From Hormoscilla sp. (GTDB lineage Bacteria > Cyanobacteriota > Cyanobacteriia > Cyanobacteriales > Desertifilaceae), in assembly GCA_051439505.1 (NCBI GenBank), contig JBFRWI010000174.1, positions 1 through 64,000 on the forward strand: DNA of 64,000 bases, read 5' to 3'. The notes under the pieces were generated by a model, which did not search any database, was not told where the DNA came from, and saw only the letters and a list, made by a program, of their open reading frames with translations. Every line of letters starts with the position of its first letter. Positions within the stretch are counted from its first letter, which is position 1. Below are positions 19,302 to 29,248 of the stretch, one piece after another. The translations under genes and the position numbers were made by a program.

Positions 19302-19757
19302 CGCTGACAAGAATAGCTCTAAAGCTAATGCTGAAGATATATCAAAACCAGTATACGCATCAGTTACCACAACATTAGTATCTGATGGATAATGTTCCCG
19401 AATGTCATCGATCGCCACCCAAAAATCCTCTAAAGCATTGTTTTGACGTAAGAACTCTAAAACTTCTTGATGCCGAAGATATTGAAAATTATGAATAATC
19501 TTGGGGTCTAAAAAAGGTGTAAAACCGACAACTCGCTCAGCAATGCTAGGCGAAAATAAAGGTTTAACCAAGTCAAATGTGAATATCTCTCTCCACGAAG
19601 AAGAGATGACAACAAAAACTGCTGGGTGCCGTTGCAAAACATCTTCAAAAATTTGCAAGCAATTGGGCTCGAACTTCAACAGGTCTTCTTTCTCCACCGA
19701 AGTATCAAACTTCTTTTCTGGAACAAGAACACCATCAAGATCTAAAAAAATCCACAT
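19296..19757 (-). CDS. HAD-superfamily protein (Swiss-Army-knife RNA-repair HAD-like)
   Basis: IFLDLDGVL, VISSSWR, WVAIDD; AT-rich. Confidence 0.8.
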   Translation of the reverse strand: MWIFLDLDGVLVPEKKFDTSVEKEDLLKFEPNCLQIFEDVLQRHPAVFVVISSSWREIFTFDLVKPLFSPSIAERVVGFTPFLDPKIIHNFQYLRHQEVLEFLRQNNALEDFWVAIDDIREHYPSDTNVVVTDAYTGFDISSALALELFLSAA

Positions 19758-19811
19758 TTTAGGAAAAAATGTAATGTTTTAATCAGTGATTCAGTACTTT
19801 ATAGCGTTTCC

Positions 19812-19889
19812 CAGACTAAAAGTCAAGTTGCCGCCTCAACGCAAAATCAAGTCTTTAGCGCCTTACTGTTCCTCTATCGAGAAGTCTAA
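19812..19889 (+). pseudogene. intI: Integron integrase fragment (N-terminal domain)
   Basis: Translates to QTKSQVAASTQNQVFSALLFLYREV*, the conserved IntI segment V(S/A)ASTQNQA(L/F)SALLFLY; it is divergent from the cassette. Confidence 0.8.
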
Positions 19890-19926
19890 TTGAGTTAGGC
19901 AATGAATTGCACAGATTGTCGCCAAT

Positions 19927-21597
19927 TCAGGCGAACGCTACCAAAACTGCGCCTCCCCAGGCCAGAAGCATTGAAAAAACGATCGCGGCGATCGCCTGGC
20001 GAGCCATCAGCCCTACGGCAAACCGCACCGACTGTTCCCGGGCTATGGTGAGTGCGGTGACCAGGCAGGGCAGCAAAACCCCTGCCAGGTACGCACCGGT
20101 CAAGATTTGCAGAGGTGTTAGTACCGCTAGGGTGTCTGGTTCGGCAAAGAGTAGCAGTCCGTCTTTGCGAATCGAGGCCAAAATAACCGGTAGAGCTGCT
20201 TCTGGAGGCAGGCCAAACAGCCCCATTAGGGGATTAATCCATCCCGCCAGAGCGGTGATGAGGCCAAACCAGTCCAATACTGAGGCGACGATCGTAATCG
20301 CTAAAAAGATGGGAATCGCATTGGAGAAAAACTGGCTGAGGGTACCTTGGGTTTCGCGCCAGATGGCCGACCAACGGGGCATTTCCAAAAACGTGCGCCG
20401 TTCGATCGTCAGGGTATTGCGGGGGGAACGGGCGGCTTTAGGTGCAATCAGACGAGTGTAGATTAGGGTGGTTAGGGTTAAGTAGCCCAGGTAAGGCACC
20501 ACTAAACCGGGCAAATTGGCGGCACTGAAAACCCCCAGGGTGGCCCCGAACTGGTAGGAACAGGCGGAACCAAAGGCGATCGCACTCATACAGGTCTGCC
20601 GGGAACAACTGGAACAGGCGCGAGTACCGATCACGGCGGGCACATTGCAGCCAAACCCCATAATTACCCGCACCAAATCTCGCCCGGATAGGCCGAAAGG
20701 TCTCAGGAGGGTTTGCAGCGCCACGGTAATGCGTTCCACCAAGCCGCTGGCCTTGTATGCGCCTAAAAACAGGGCATACAGAATCACCGTAGGCACCGCC
20801 CAGACAAATAACAGCGGCCCCATCGTCACTAAGCCATAGCGGCCAATCAGAATCGCCTCTAGCAGCGAGGGGGCCTGAGATAGGAAATTGACCAGAGGGG
20901 CTAATCCGGTTTGGATCGGTGGATCGAGTATGCCCGCGACTCCATTGGCGACCCAAACGGCAATGACCGCAGGCAACAGCAACAGCAGGATGGCCAGCAA
21001 CCCACCCCAGCGGGGATGCTCCAGCAAAGTGGGCGCGGGTTCGATCCGCCAGCCCGCCGGAATCGGGTGCCACTGCTGGGGGAAGGGGACTGGAGTCTGC
21101 AACGCCTCTAGAATCTGCTGGCGTTGCCCCTGGCTTAAATGACGGGCATCCACGGGAATAAACCTAACCTGGGAGGTTTGCTCCCAACGGCCCAAGACCT
21201 GCTGGGTGAAGTCAGAAGGCAATACTTTATCCCAGAAGGTGACAACTATCAGCCCTTGTTTCCCAGCGACTAGGGGTAGCAGGTCTGCGAGGTCATCATC
21301 CACATGGGTCGCTTTCACCACCAACAAAATAGTTTCATGGGCCTGAAGTTGCGTCAGCGCTACACGAGTGGTGGCGGTGTCAGAGCGAAAGAGAATGCCT
21401 GGGGTGTCGATAAAGGTATCGTCTCTGGTCTGATAGGTTTCGCAGGCGATCGTCGAGCCCTGAATGTTGGTGCTGACAGGAGAACGCCCCGTGAGCGCTG
21501 CTGCCAGTTCGGATTTGCCGGTGCTTTCTTTGCCGACGAGGACGGTGGTGCGGTGAGTGGGAGTGGTGCTGGGCATGGGGGGGGTAGAAGAATTCAA
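19927..21597 (-). CDS. FeoB-like GTPase/gate-domain metal transporter
   Basis: GKESTGKS, DTPG, TFWD G-motifs, and GFGCNVPA gate motif. Confidence 0.85.
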   Translation of the reverse strand: MNSSTPPMPSTTPTHRTTVLVGKESTGKSELAAALTGRSPVSTNIQGSTIACETYQTRDDTFIDTPGILFRSDTATTRVALTQLQAHETILLVVKATHVDDDLADLLPLVAGKQGLIVVTFWDKVLPSDFTQQVLGRWEQTSQVRFIPVDARHLSQGQRQQILEALQTPVPFPQQWHPIPAGWRIEPAPTLLEHPRWGGLLAILLLLLPAVIAVWVANGVAGILDPPIQTGLAPLVNFLSQAPSLLEAILIGRYGLVTMGPLLFVWAVPTVILYALFLGAYKASGLVERITVALQTLLRPFGLSGRDLVRVIMGFGCNVPAVIGTRACSSCSRQTCMSAIAFGSACSYQFGATLGVFSAANLPGLVVPYLGYLTLTTLIYTRLIAPKAARSPRNTLTIERRTFLEMPRWSAIWRETQGTLSQFFSNAIPIFLAITIVASVLDWFGLITALAGWINPLMGLFGLPPEAALPVILASIRKDGLLLFAEPDTLAVLTPLQILTGAYLAGVLLPCLVTALTIAREQSVRFAVGLMARQAIAAIVFSMLLAWGGAVLVAFA

Positions 21598-21632
21598 AAC
21601 TCAAAATTCAAAATTCAAAATTCTGAACCTCA

Positions 21633-22757
21633 CTAACAAATGCAGTCGTTGCTACAGCAGGAGAGGTCATCGAGGAAGAGTCCGGCCTCGCGGTAGGCAT
21701 CAAGGGGGCTGGGGTCGAGGCCGAGGCGATCGGCGATCGCATTGGCCACCACGGCAAAGCGCTGACGAAACTTGTAGATGAAGCAAAAAATCAAATCCCC
21801 ATGGCGCAGGGAAGGCCCGGCGACAAAGAGGCCAGGGGTGAGAGTGGATTCATCGTTCTCAGTGAGGGCAGCATGGCCCTCGGACCAATCGAATAGGGGA
21901 GCAATCTGTTTCAAACTGGTGTTGAAGCCAGTGCAGAGAATGGGGGGATGGGCTGTCGTCCACTTCTTATATTCGCTGTAGACTGCGTAGCCGCCGGGGA
22001 TAGTTTTGACGCCTTCAATGAGGGCGTTACCGATCATATCCAGACGCCCGGTGCGGTAGATAAACTCTAATCGCTGTAGCGTGTAGGGGGAGAGGGCAAT
22101 GCTGGGGTCGGTGTCAGGATTGGCCCAGGCCCCGGTGCGATCGAGCACACCGACTTTCTTCCCCAGCGCTACTAAATTGGCAGCTGCATCCAGGCCGCTT
22201 TCGTAGCCGCCGATGATGATGAATTCGTCGCCCTCTAGATCTGCCCACGAACGAATTTGACTGTTGTGGATGCAATGCTCTGCCCCGGGAAAGGGATTGA
22301 GATGGGGATATTGATATTCCCCGGCGGCCCAAATGACAAACTGGGCAGAAAGGTCACCGCTGCTGGTCTGCAGGGTAAAGCCTCCCTGGGGCAATGGCTC
22401 GACGGCATTTACGTCAACCTCAGTCTGAATCGGTAACTCAAAGTACTCGGCAATGGTCTGCAAGTACAGCGCGTACTGCTTGCCGCTGATGTGCTCTCGC
22501 TGAAAGGCGATCGCAGGGGAGGTATTCAAGGTCACTGCATTCAGGTCGAGCAGTCCAAAACCATGGCTTGGGAATGACGGGGTGATGAAGTTCATCTCCT
22601 CAGGCCAGCTGCTAAAGGAGGCTCCCACCTGATGTCTTTCTAAAATTGTGAAGTTTTCCAGGCCAAGCTCTTTGAGCACGACGCCACAGCCGATGCCTGC
22701 AGCTCCGGCACCAACGATGGCAACGTCATAGAACCGATTCGTTTGGGATTTGCTCAC
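21633..22757 (-). CDS. NAD(P)/FAD-dependent oxidoreductase with Cys-rich C-terminus
   Basis: GAGAAG and IIGGYESG motifs; ends in SCCSNDCIC. Confidence 0.85.
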   Translation of the reverse strand: MSKSQTNRFYDVAIVGAGAAGIGCGVVLKELGLENFTILERHQVGASFSSWPEEMNFITPSFPSHGFGLLDLNAVTLNTSPAIAFQREHISGKQYALYLQTIAEYFELPIQTEVDVNAVEPLPQGGFTLQTSSGDLSAQFVIWAAGEYQYPHLNPFPGAEHCIHNSQIRSWADLEGDEFIIIGGYESGLDAAANLVALGKKVGVLDRTGAWANPDTDPSIALSPYTLQRLEFIYRTGRLDMIGNALIEGVKTIPGGYAVYSEYKKWTTAHPPILCTGFNTSLKQIAPLFDWSEGHAALTENDESTLTPGLFVAGPSLRHGDLIFCFIYKFRQRFAVVANAIADRLGLDPSPLDAYREAGLFLDDLSCCSNDCIC

Positions 22758-22790
22758 GGTGGTTTACCCTAATCAATTAATATATTAGAA

Positions 22791-22805
22791 TGATAATCAT
22801 TATTA
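22791..22805. promoter_or_regulatory. Zur box
   Basis: TGATAATCATTATTA (13/14), 33 bp upstream of the oxidoreductase-FeoB operon. Confidence 0.7.
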
Positions 22806-22848
22806 TGCACTCTTGTCTAGGATGTCGGTATTTCGGTAACGATCTCAT

Positions 22849-22962
22849 CTAGCGATCGCCCGTGAACAGTCCTTCAAGTTTGCCCTGGGGCTGATGGTGA
22901 GGCAGGCGATCGCTGCGATTGGGTTCGCCGCAATTCTGGCTTGGGGAGGACGGTTTGGGTGA
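22849..22962 (+). pseudogene. Diverged 3' tip of a third FeoB-like copy, inverted
   Basis: LAIAREQSFKFALGLMVRQAIAAIGFAAILAWGGRFG*. Confidence 0.75.
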
Positions 22963-23099
22963 CGACAAGAGTATGGGCTTCACGAAACTGGTACGCCGAG
23001 GCAAGGGGTTATATGAAAACGTAACCGCCAATGACGGAGAACAACGCTTCATTGAAGCTTAAGGTTTGACTGGGGAAGCTGCTTGACTGATAAAAGTAC

Positions 23100-23225
23100 A
23101 AACGAGAAGTTGAGCAGCAAACCCTGAGTGTGCGATCGCGCCCTGCTGGGGATTTGGCGGCACTTCCTCTTTCGGAGTTACTGGAAAAAATGCAAGTCGC
23201 GATCACTCACAAATCTCTTTTCTAA
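23100..23225 (+). pseudogene. thrS: 3' tip of another thrS copy, inverted
   Basis: KREVEQQTLSVRSRPAGDLAALPLSELLEKMQVAITHKSLF*. Confidence 0.75.
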
Positions 23226-23377
23226 CTGTTATTTGCTCTAGAGAAATGTCCCAATTTCAAGCGATCGCCTACTCCAAATGACTCATAGGCCCAAGGTTCA
23301 TCTCCCTTGGGTTTTATGTTTTTCGTGGATTTTAAGGGTTGTAAATCTATGCCGTATTTGCTAGGTGAGATTTGTCG

Positions 23378-23460
23378 GCTCAACGTTCCTGCTGAGCGGC
23401 TGCAAGTAATCTGCGATAGAAATAAACCTTGATTAGTCCGCTCCAGCAGGATTGTTATGC
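23378..23460 (-). other. attC site (83 bp) directly after the Lamassu operon
   Basis: GCATAAC-AAT-CCTGCTgGAGCGGaC / GCCGCTCAGCAGG-AAC-GTTGAGC, with two extrahelical bases; begins 6 bp after the stop. Confidence 0.85.
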
Positions 23461-23466
23461 GGGGAT

Positions 23467-25341
23467 TCAGAGAGGGATTAGTTTGTTGTCATCATCAAAC
23501 TCAGCTAATATATATTCGCGAGCAATCTCTGGAACAGTATTATCAGAGACTATAATCTGTAAGCGATCCACGTAATCCTGACTAACTCGAATGAGATAAT
23601 TGTAAATAGATTCAATACGTTCTAAATCTAAACCTTCATAGCCAATATTTCCAGATAAACCATCAATTATCAAGATATTTGGAAGTTTCAATTCAAAGTG
23701 AATACAAGTTAGCTGATGTGCAAGGGCATGAGCAATATTAACCATTACTTTGAGACCCGGAGACTGTAACTCATCAAAACGCCTTCCCTCAAAGCGCGGC
23801 AAATATGTTTGTCGATCAATAATTGATGGGCCGGGATCTGAAAAAGAAGGCACCTGAAATTCTCCGAGAATTGCCTGAAAGGTTTCATCTAGGAAACACA
23901 TATGATCTTCAAATTCTGAAACTCGGTTATTCGCTAAATCAATGGAAACATCTAAATCTTCAAGCTCAGATTCTAGTTCTCGAATAGTGGTTATGGCTTT
24001 ATCTTGTCGATTATAAAGCTCTAGATACTCCTCTAATCGCTGTTTTTGATCCTGTAGCTGAGTACGATTGCGTTCTAACTGTGCGATTTGCTCAGCTTGC
24101 TCAGAAACATAGCGATGAGTTCGATGATTTATTTCATCTTGTAGAACTTGGCGCTGTGTCCCCAATTGTTCAATTTCATATTCGATGCTTGAAATTGCTA
24201 CTTGATGCGAATCTACCAACTCAAAAGTTTCATTAACCTGTTGATCTAATCGATCTTGTTCCTTAACTAAATCATCTTGAGTAATTTGAGGTTCTGTCGG
24301 TTGCAGGCACAAATAGCAAATTTCTGGTTCAGTTCGGGATGGTTGAATAGATGAGCCGCATCGTGGGCAAGAGAGAAAATCAAAATCTAACAAATAGTTG
24401 CCCGCAACAATAGATTTGGTAAGTCTAGCACTTTGAGTCTGCAATTGAGAAATAAGACTCTGTTTCTGAGAAAGACTATACTGCTCATACTGAAGTTTTT
24501 GATTCAAGTCATCCAATTGCTGTTGAACTTGGAGAAGGTTGCTTCTTAACTCATCTGTATTCGTGTAACTTCTAATTTCTTGCCCTAAGTTCTCTGAATC
24601 CAGATATGCAGCCTCTAGCTCTCTGTTGACATTATTTAAATTACTGAGAATAGTTGCTCGGTTTTCAAACGGTGTCCCAGCAAGAAACTCATCAACTGTT
24701 TTTGTGTAATTTTGTAGTCGCCGGATTTCACTAACAGTCTCACGCCGCTTCATTTGAAGCTGAGCTATTTTGACATCATACTTACCATAAATAACTTCAA
24801 ACACAAACTTTCTCTTATTGTTTTTTGAAAAATTAGTATGTCCAAAAACATTACTGTCAATCTCATCTTGACGGAGATGGCAATACATCATGTAATCGTT
24901 GATAGATAAAGGTGATGTCTCACTATCATCTTGAGTTGGAGCTGTCGGAACTCTTAAGGTTGGCAAATCAAGGCTCGTTAGTAACCAATTTCCATAAGTT
25001 TCTTCATCAGCCTTGCCGCGCAATGCAGGTAAACGTTTTGCCTCATTGTTACCCGCAATAGAAACTATTGCATCACTTGTTGTGACGAAAGGTCTAATAA
25101 TTTCGTATATATTTTCACCAATAAGAACCTCACCTGCTAGGTTGGTTATATTCCTTTGTGCTTCCCTTGAAAAATTTTTGAGTGTGGAACCCAACAAACC
25201 TCGAAAGCATTTAATAAGCGTTGTTTTGCCAGTCGTGATAGAACCACAAATAATGTTCAATCCGGGAGCCAATGAAAAATCGCGACCAGTACCCAATAAA
25301 TCAATTTTATTAATACGAATTCTCATATCTTTTGCCCCCAA
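23467..25341 (-). CDS. SMC/Rad50-like ABC ATPase, Lamassu LmuB-like
   Basis: Walker A GSITTGKTT, coiled coils around CPRC..CYLC, Walker B LIIDG. Confidence 0.8.
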   Translation of the reverse strand: MGAKDMRIRINKIDLLGTGRDFSLAPGLNIICGSITTGKTTLIKCFRGLLGSTLKNFSREAQRNITNLAGEVLIGENIYEIIRPFVTTSDAIVSIAGNNEAKRLPALRGKADEETYGNWLLTSLDLPTLRVPTAPTQDDSETSPLSINDYMMYCHLRQDEIDSNVFGHTNFSKNNKRKFVFEVIYGKYDVKIAQLQMKRRETVSEIRRLQNYTKTVDEFLAGTPFENRATILSNLNNVNRELEAAYLDSENLGQEIRSYTNTDELRSNLLQVQQQLDDLNQKLQYEQYSLSQKQSLISQLQTQSARLTKSIVAGNYLLDFDFLSCPRCGSSIQPSRTEPEICYLCLQPTEPQITQDDLVKEQDRLDQQVNETFELVDSHQVAISSIEYEIEQLGTQRQVLQDEINHRTHRYVSEQAEQIAQLERNRTQLQDQKQRLEEYLELYNRQDKAITTIRELESELEDLDVSIDLANNRVSEFEDHMCFLDETFQAILGEFQVPSFSDPGPSIIDRQTYLPRFEGRRFDELQSPGLKVMVNIAHALAHQLTCIHFELKLPNILIIDGLSGNIGYEGLDLERIESIYNYLIRVSQDYVDRLQIIVSDNTVPEIAREYILAEFDDDNKLIPL

Positions 25342-25844
25342 GATGCACCGGAAACTTCAGGAAAGTGTTGATAGACAAAATCTTTGAGATTATTGCCAGA
25401 AAGATTGAAATTTTGTTTCAGAAGCTTGATTCTTGCACTAGTCTCTGACCAACTTTCTTCTTTAGCAAGATCTCGGGCAATTTGACTACCTCGCTCAGTG
25501 GTCCGATAGCTAAGACCTCGTTTATTAGGTACCACTTCAACTAAACCTTTGCCGATAAGTTTTCCAAGTATAGAGTAGTAAGAAGGATCCCAAGGACCAT
25601 ATCGGTAACGAATCATACGCCCCTCAATATTATTCTGTTCTTCGGGAGCTACATCCATCATAACCTTTTCAGATGTGCGAATAGCCAGAGCACGTTGCAT
25701 AAAGTTGGGATAGCGTAAGAAGAAATCTAGTTTTGCTAGTTTAGTCCTACCTTCTAATGAATTTTTTTGGGTAGTGAAGGCATTGATAAGTAGCAGAATA
25801 CGTGCTTCTCCTTCAATTGAAGGCTGAAATAGTTCCTTACGCAA
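25323..25844 (-). CDS. ABC three-component middle component, LmuC-like
   Basis: Small winged-helix-like protein (KLAKLDFFLRYP) overlapping both neighbours. Confidence 0.7.
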   Translation of the reverse strand: MRKELFQPSIEGEARILLLINAFTTQKNSLEGRTKLAKLDFFLRYPNFMQRALAIRTSEKVMMDVAPEEQNNIEGRMIRYRYGPWDPSYYSILGKLIGKGLVEVVPNKRGLSYRTTERGSQIARDLAKEESWSETSARIKLLKQNFNLSGNNLKDFVYQHFPEVSGASWGQKI

Positions 25845-26988
25845 TTTTCACCCCCCAATCAATACGACACTCGTCAGATAATCCACAAGCTGCTCCAAGG
25901 AGTAGATAGGGATCTTGTTTATATATTCGGTTGGGATCAACAGAACTTACTGTGTCAGTTATCTCCTTGCGAAGTTCTCGCCAAATAGCTTTGGCCGGCT
26001 TATTTGAATCTTCAAATTGTTCAACGACTGAGTTGGCAAGAGTTTGTATTCTTACTTGCACATCAACAATCTTTTCTTCTTCCATGAAAAATCCTGATGA
26101 TAGGATTTCAGCTTCACGAATAGAAGCATTTGCGCGTAACCCTTTTGCATCTTCGATGATGCGATCACTTGCTCCTCCTGCCATAAGCTTTTTTTCAAGC
26201 TTGGTTGGTGTAGGTGCATTAAGATCAATAACTCGCAATAGTAAAGGATAACTACCACTTACAAGTGAACCAATAATATTAACTATACTATTAGCTGTCA
26301 GACGCTTAGAGTTTATTTTGCTTTGTATATCATATTCAAAATTATCTGCATTTGAAAGATAGCGATATAAAATCTGATCTAAGCGATCGCAGGACATCGC
26401 TCGCATAATTTCATCTGTAAGTTTTCCTTCTAGAGTTTCAATTTCAGAGACTGTAGTACTTTCCGAAACTTGTCCCATCAAATGGACATTACGAGATTTG
26501 ATGTATGCTCTAGGAGGTTGATTCGGATGAATAGTAACACGTTCAATAAACGTCTTACACTCAGATTCTTTAACACTGAGCTTTGAAGATATTCTTTGTA
26601 TTATTGCGTCTGAAATCTCGCGTCTTGGTGGAGTCAGAATATTTAAGTCGTCTCTTGCAGATATAGCACCTTCAATAAAAAGACTATATCTTGCTTTCAA
26701 ACGAGATGTTTCTGTAAAAGCTCTATATAGGCTTTTCAGGCCGTCTATGGCATCTGTAAGCTTCCATGGACCTCGATCGGCATTTCGAGTTTTGACCTGA
26801 ATGAAATGCCAATAGTCATCATATTCAACAACGATATCTTCAAAATGCTCCAAAATGACAGAGCGTATTTTTTCTCTGCGAGCGCACGATAGGCAGAAAG
26901 GTACAGCAAGTCTAGCCTGGTACCGAAATCGTTCAAGTGTATCTGTACCTGTATCATCGGGCGGTACTTGATTGAGAGGATTATTCAT
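25837..26988 (-). CDS. Cap4/DUF4297-type dsDNA nuclease effector, LmuA-like
   Basis: N-terminal G..T..RFRYQ, EHFED, IQVKT nuclease pattern plus a C-terminal domain. Confidence 0.78.
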   Translation of the reverse strand: MNNPLNQVPPDDTGTDTLERFRYQARLAVPFCLSCARREKIRSVILEHFEDIVVEYDDYWHFIQVKTRNADRGPWKLTDAIDGLKSLYRAFTETSRLKARYSLFIEGAISARDDLNILTPPRREISDAIIQRISSKLSVKESECKTFIERVTIHPNQPPRAYIKSRNVHLMGQVSESTTVSEIETLEGKLTDEIMRAMSCDRLDQILYRYLSNADNFEYDIQSKINSKRLTANSIVNIIGSLVSGSYPLLLRVIDLNAPTPTKLEKKLMAGGASDRIIEDAKGLRANASIREAEILSSGFFMEEEKIVDVQVRIQTLANSVVEQFEDSNKPAKAIWRELRKEITDTVSSVDPNRIYKQDPYLLLGAACGLSDECRIDWGVKIA

Positions 26989-27057
26989 CGCATGTTGCTA
27001 TTGAAGGATCGACAAAGCTAGATACCTAATTGAGGAATATTTAAACCCGCGTTGAAA

Positions 27058-27310
27058 TTGACATCCTCCCCGTCGTAAACGAACGGGGATTCCTCACCAC
27101 GCCACCTTTTTATGGATGCTCGCTGAATGGGGTTGACGTTTCATCGGGTGCTGCTATCTTGACGATAGTCTTCTGCCTTCCTCGACGTCCGTTTTAAATC
27201 TCCGAGTGCCCCCCGGCGATTACCTAAAAACCTAATTTTTAGATGGTGCTTCAAGTTTGAACTCAACATTGACTTTCAGCTTTTCCCGGACTACTTAAGG
27301 GACATTCAAT
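27058..27310 (-). mobile_element. Orphan right end of an IS200/IS605 element (tnpB tip plus omegaRNA-like scaffold)
   Basis: The minus strand ends GAATCCCCGTTCGTTTACGACGGGGAGGATGTCAA (subterminal hairpin plus TCAA); no tnpB ORF. Confidence 0.7.
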
Positions 27311-27439
27311 TATTAGACCAAGCCTAACAATAATGGCTAACCCCAGGGTAGCGAGCGCGGATGTCAGGCCCAGACTAAAGCCACCGATCAGCCACCGTTG
27401 TCAACGGGTTTTGACCACACCCCCTACTCAAAAACACTC

Positions 27440-28402
27440 TCATTCATCTTGAGTCCCAAAAATCGTTTCTAGTTCAGTCAATAGGGCATCCAGGGCATCC
27501 AATCGCTCTTGGATTTGAGGGTTTTGCCAAGCTTTGCCATTTTTTTTCTGTTCCCTTTTGATGTGCTTGTTAATAGCATCCAGACGATCTGTCAACTTGG
27601 GAATTGGCTCTGGATCTCGCTCTGGGGTAGCTTTTTCCCCCATCAGGGATTTTACATGATCCTTAATTTGCTTGAGGGACCATCCCGATGCGATCGCCCG
27701 TTCCAGTACCTCCCTGCGTTCGGAATCATCCTTAATTTTCGCTATCGCTTGAGCTTTAGTATATTTAATCCGATTTTTCATGACCGCATCGCCCAGGTCA
27801 CTGGGCAAATTCAGCAGAGACAGCCTGCTGGTCACAAAGGATTCCCAACTCATCCGGTTCAGACCGTCAAACACAGACTTAACCGTTGGCAACCATCGTT
27901 CTGGATGTTCCAATATGTTTTTCTCATCAGTTGCATCCGGTAATTTTTCCTTGCACAAAACGTTTTGTGCAAGGTCCGCCGAATTCTTATCGACTACATG
28001 CTTCAGCTTGTAAAGGAACTTAGTAACCTTGGCGACATCACACTCAAGATGTAGAGCCAGCAGAGACACAATAGCTTGTGTCTCCTCAATAGCATTAAGG
28101 TCTTCTCTTTGGATATTTTCCAAAAGGGCGAGTTCTAGGGCCTCCTTTCGATCCAGGTTTTTAATGACCGCCGGGATTGATTGAAGCCCCGCCGATGTCG
28201 CTGCCTGATACCGGCGCTCGCCAGCCACCAATTCATAGAGATTTCCCCCCACCGGTCGGACCACCACCGGTTGAATAATCCCAGATTGCTTAACGCTGGC
28301 AGTCAACTGCAGCATAGCAGCCTCATCAAAATACTGACGGGGTTGAAAATCCGGCAGTTGAATCTGCTCCAGGGGGATTTCTCTAGCAATGTCCGAAATC
28401 AT
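27440..28402 (-). CDS. Orphan ParB/Spo0J-family protein
   Basis: QPRQYFD, GIIQPVVVRP, LVAGERRY and ENIQREDLN motifs; no parA next to it. Confidence 0.9.
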   Translation of the reverse strand: MISDIAREIPLEQIQLPDFQPRQYFDEAAMLQLTASVKQSGIIQPVVVRPVGGNLYELVAGERRYQAATSAGLQSIPAVIKNLDRKEALELALLENIQREDLNAIEETQAIVSLLALHLECDVAKVTKFLYKLKHVVDKNSADLAQNVLCKEKLPDATDEKNILEHPERWLPTVKSVFDGLNRMSWESFVTSRLSLLNLPSDLGDAVMKNRIKYTKAQAIAKIKDDSERREVLERAIASGWSLKQIKDHVKSLMGEKATPERDPEPIPKLTDRLDAINKHIKREQKKNGKAWQNPQIQERLDALDALLTELETIFGTQDE

Positions 28403-28589
28403 TTTACCATTAGTAGCCTCGTGCGATCGAAAAGCTGAGAAGAAATATGGTTAAGAGCCGACCCAGGCGGGTGTGGTCACGCATTTGTTGATAGCCATTT
28501 GCTGCCGATAACTGTAGGGGGGACTGGCATTCTTCCGCAAATTATGACATAAATTGACAGATTTTCTATTCCGTTTGCAACGCCGGGGC

Positions 28590-28999
28590 ACCCCATGGGG
28601 ATTTTCTTAAGATTTCATCTGTGTAACACCCCCCACCTTCCAAAAAGCTTCTGGACGTGGGCCTTATCCCATCAACGCCACCGTTGTCAGACCGAGACCG
28701 ATGCCGACTGTGGCCAAAGCCCTGACCACTGACAGCCGCTGCATAACTCCAGCACCAAGGGGGGCTTTTTCGAGCCATTGTCTTCCATAGACGGCGACTA
28801 ACCCCAGGGTAGGGAGTACGGATGTCAGGCCCAGACTAAAGCCAGCTATCAGCTAACTATGAATTATACGGATTTTTTCCATCTAATCACCCCCATACGG
28901 ATTTTCTTAAGATTTCATCTGTGTAACACCCCCCCACCTCCCAAAAAGCTTCTGGACGTGGACCTTATCCCATCAACGCCACCGTTGTCAGACCGAGAC
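28590..28999 (-). repeat. Tandem duplication of the unit [Ni/Co transporter 3' end + intI stub + attI-like site]
   Basis: Near-identical to 37367-37770; the attI-like module at 28851-28957 ends ATCCGTATAATTCATA-GTTAGC. Confidence 0.8.
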
Positions 29000-29248
29000 G
29001 GGTGTGGTCACAAGTGGTTGATAGCCAACACCCCAAGAAACCGGGTTTCTTTGATCAATACAGAGGCAATAACCAGCTATTAAGGGAGAAACGAGGTTTG
29101 CTGACCCCCCACGCTTCCGTCTCACCGTACCAACTGCACGCGCTCACCACACCGGACAGTCCCTGGGCAGAAATTTTTTTTGATCGGTTGCCAATACTTG
29201 CAGAAACTGCCACAATAGCATATATATCATGATAAGGGAGAAAACAAT

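Noticed and set aside
27412..28479. ParB as cargo of a GGGTGTGGTCA element
   Set aside because: The ends face outward and there is no shared TSD.
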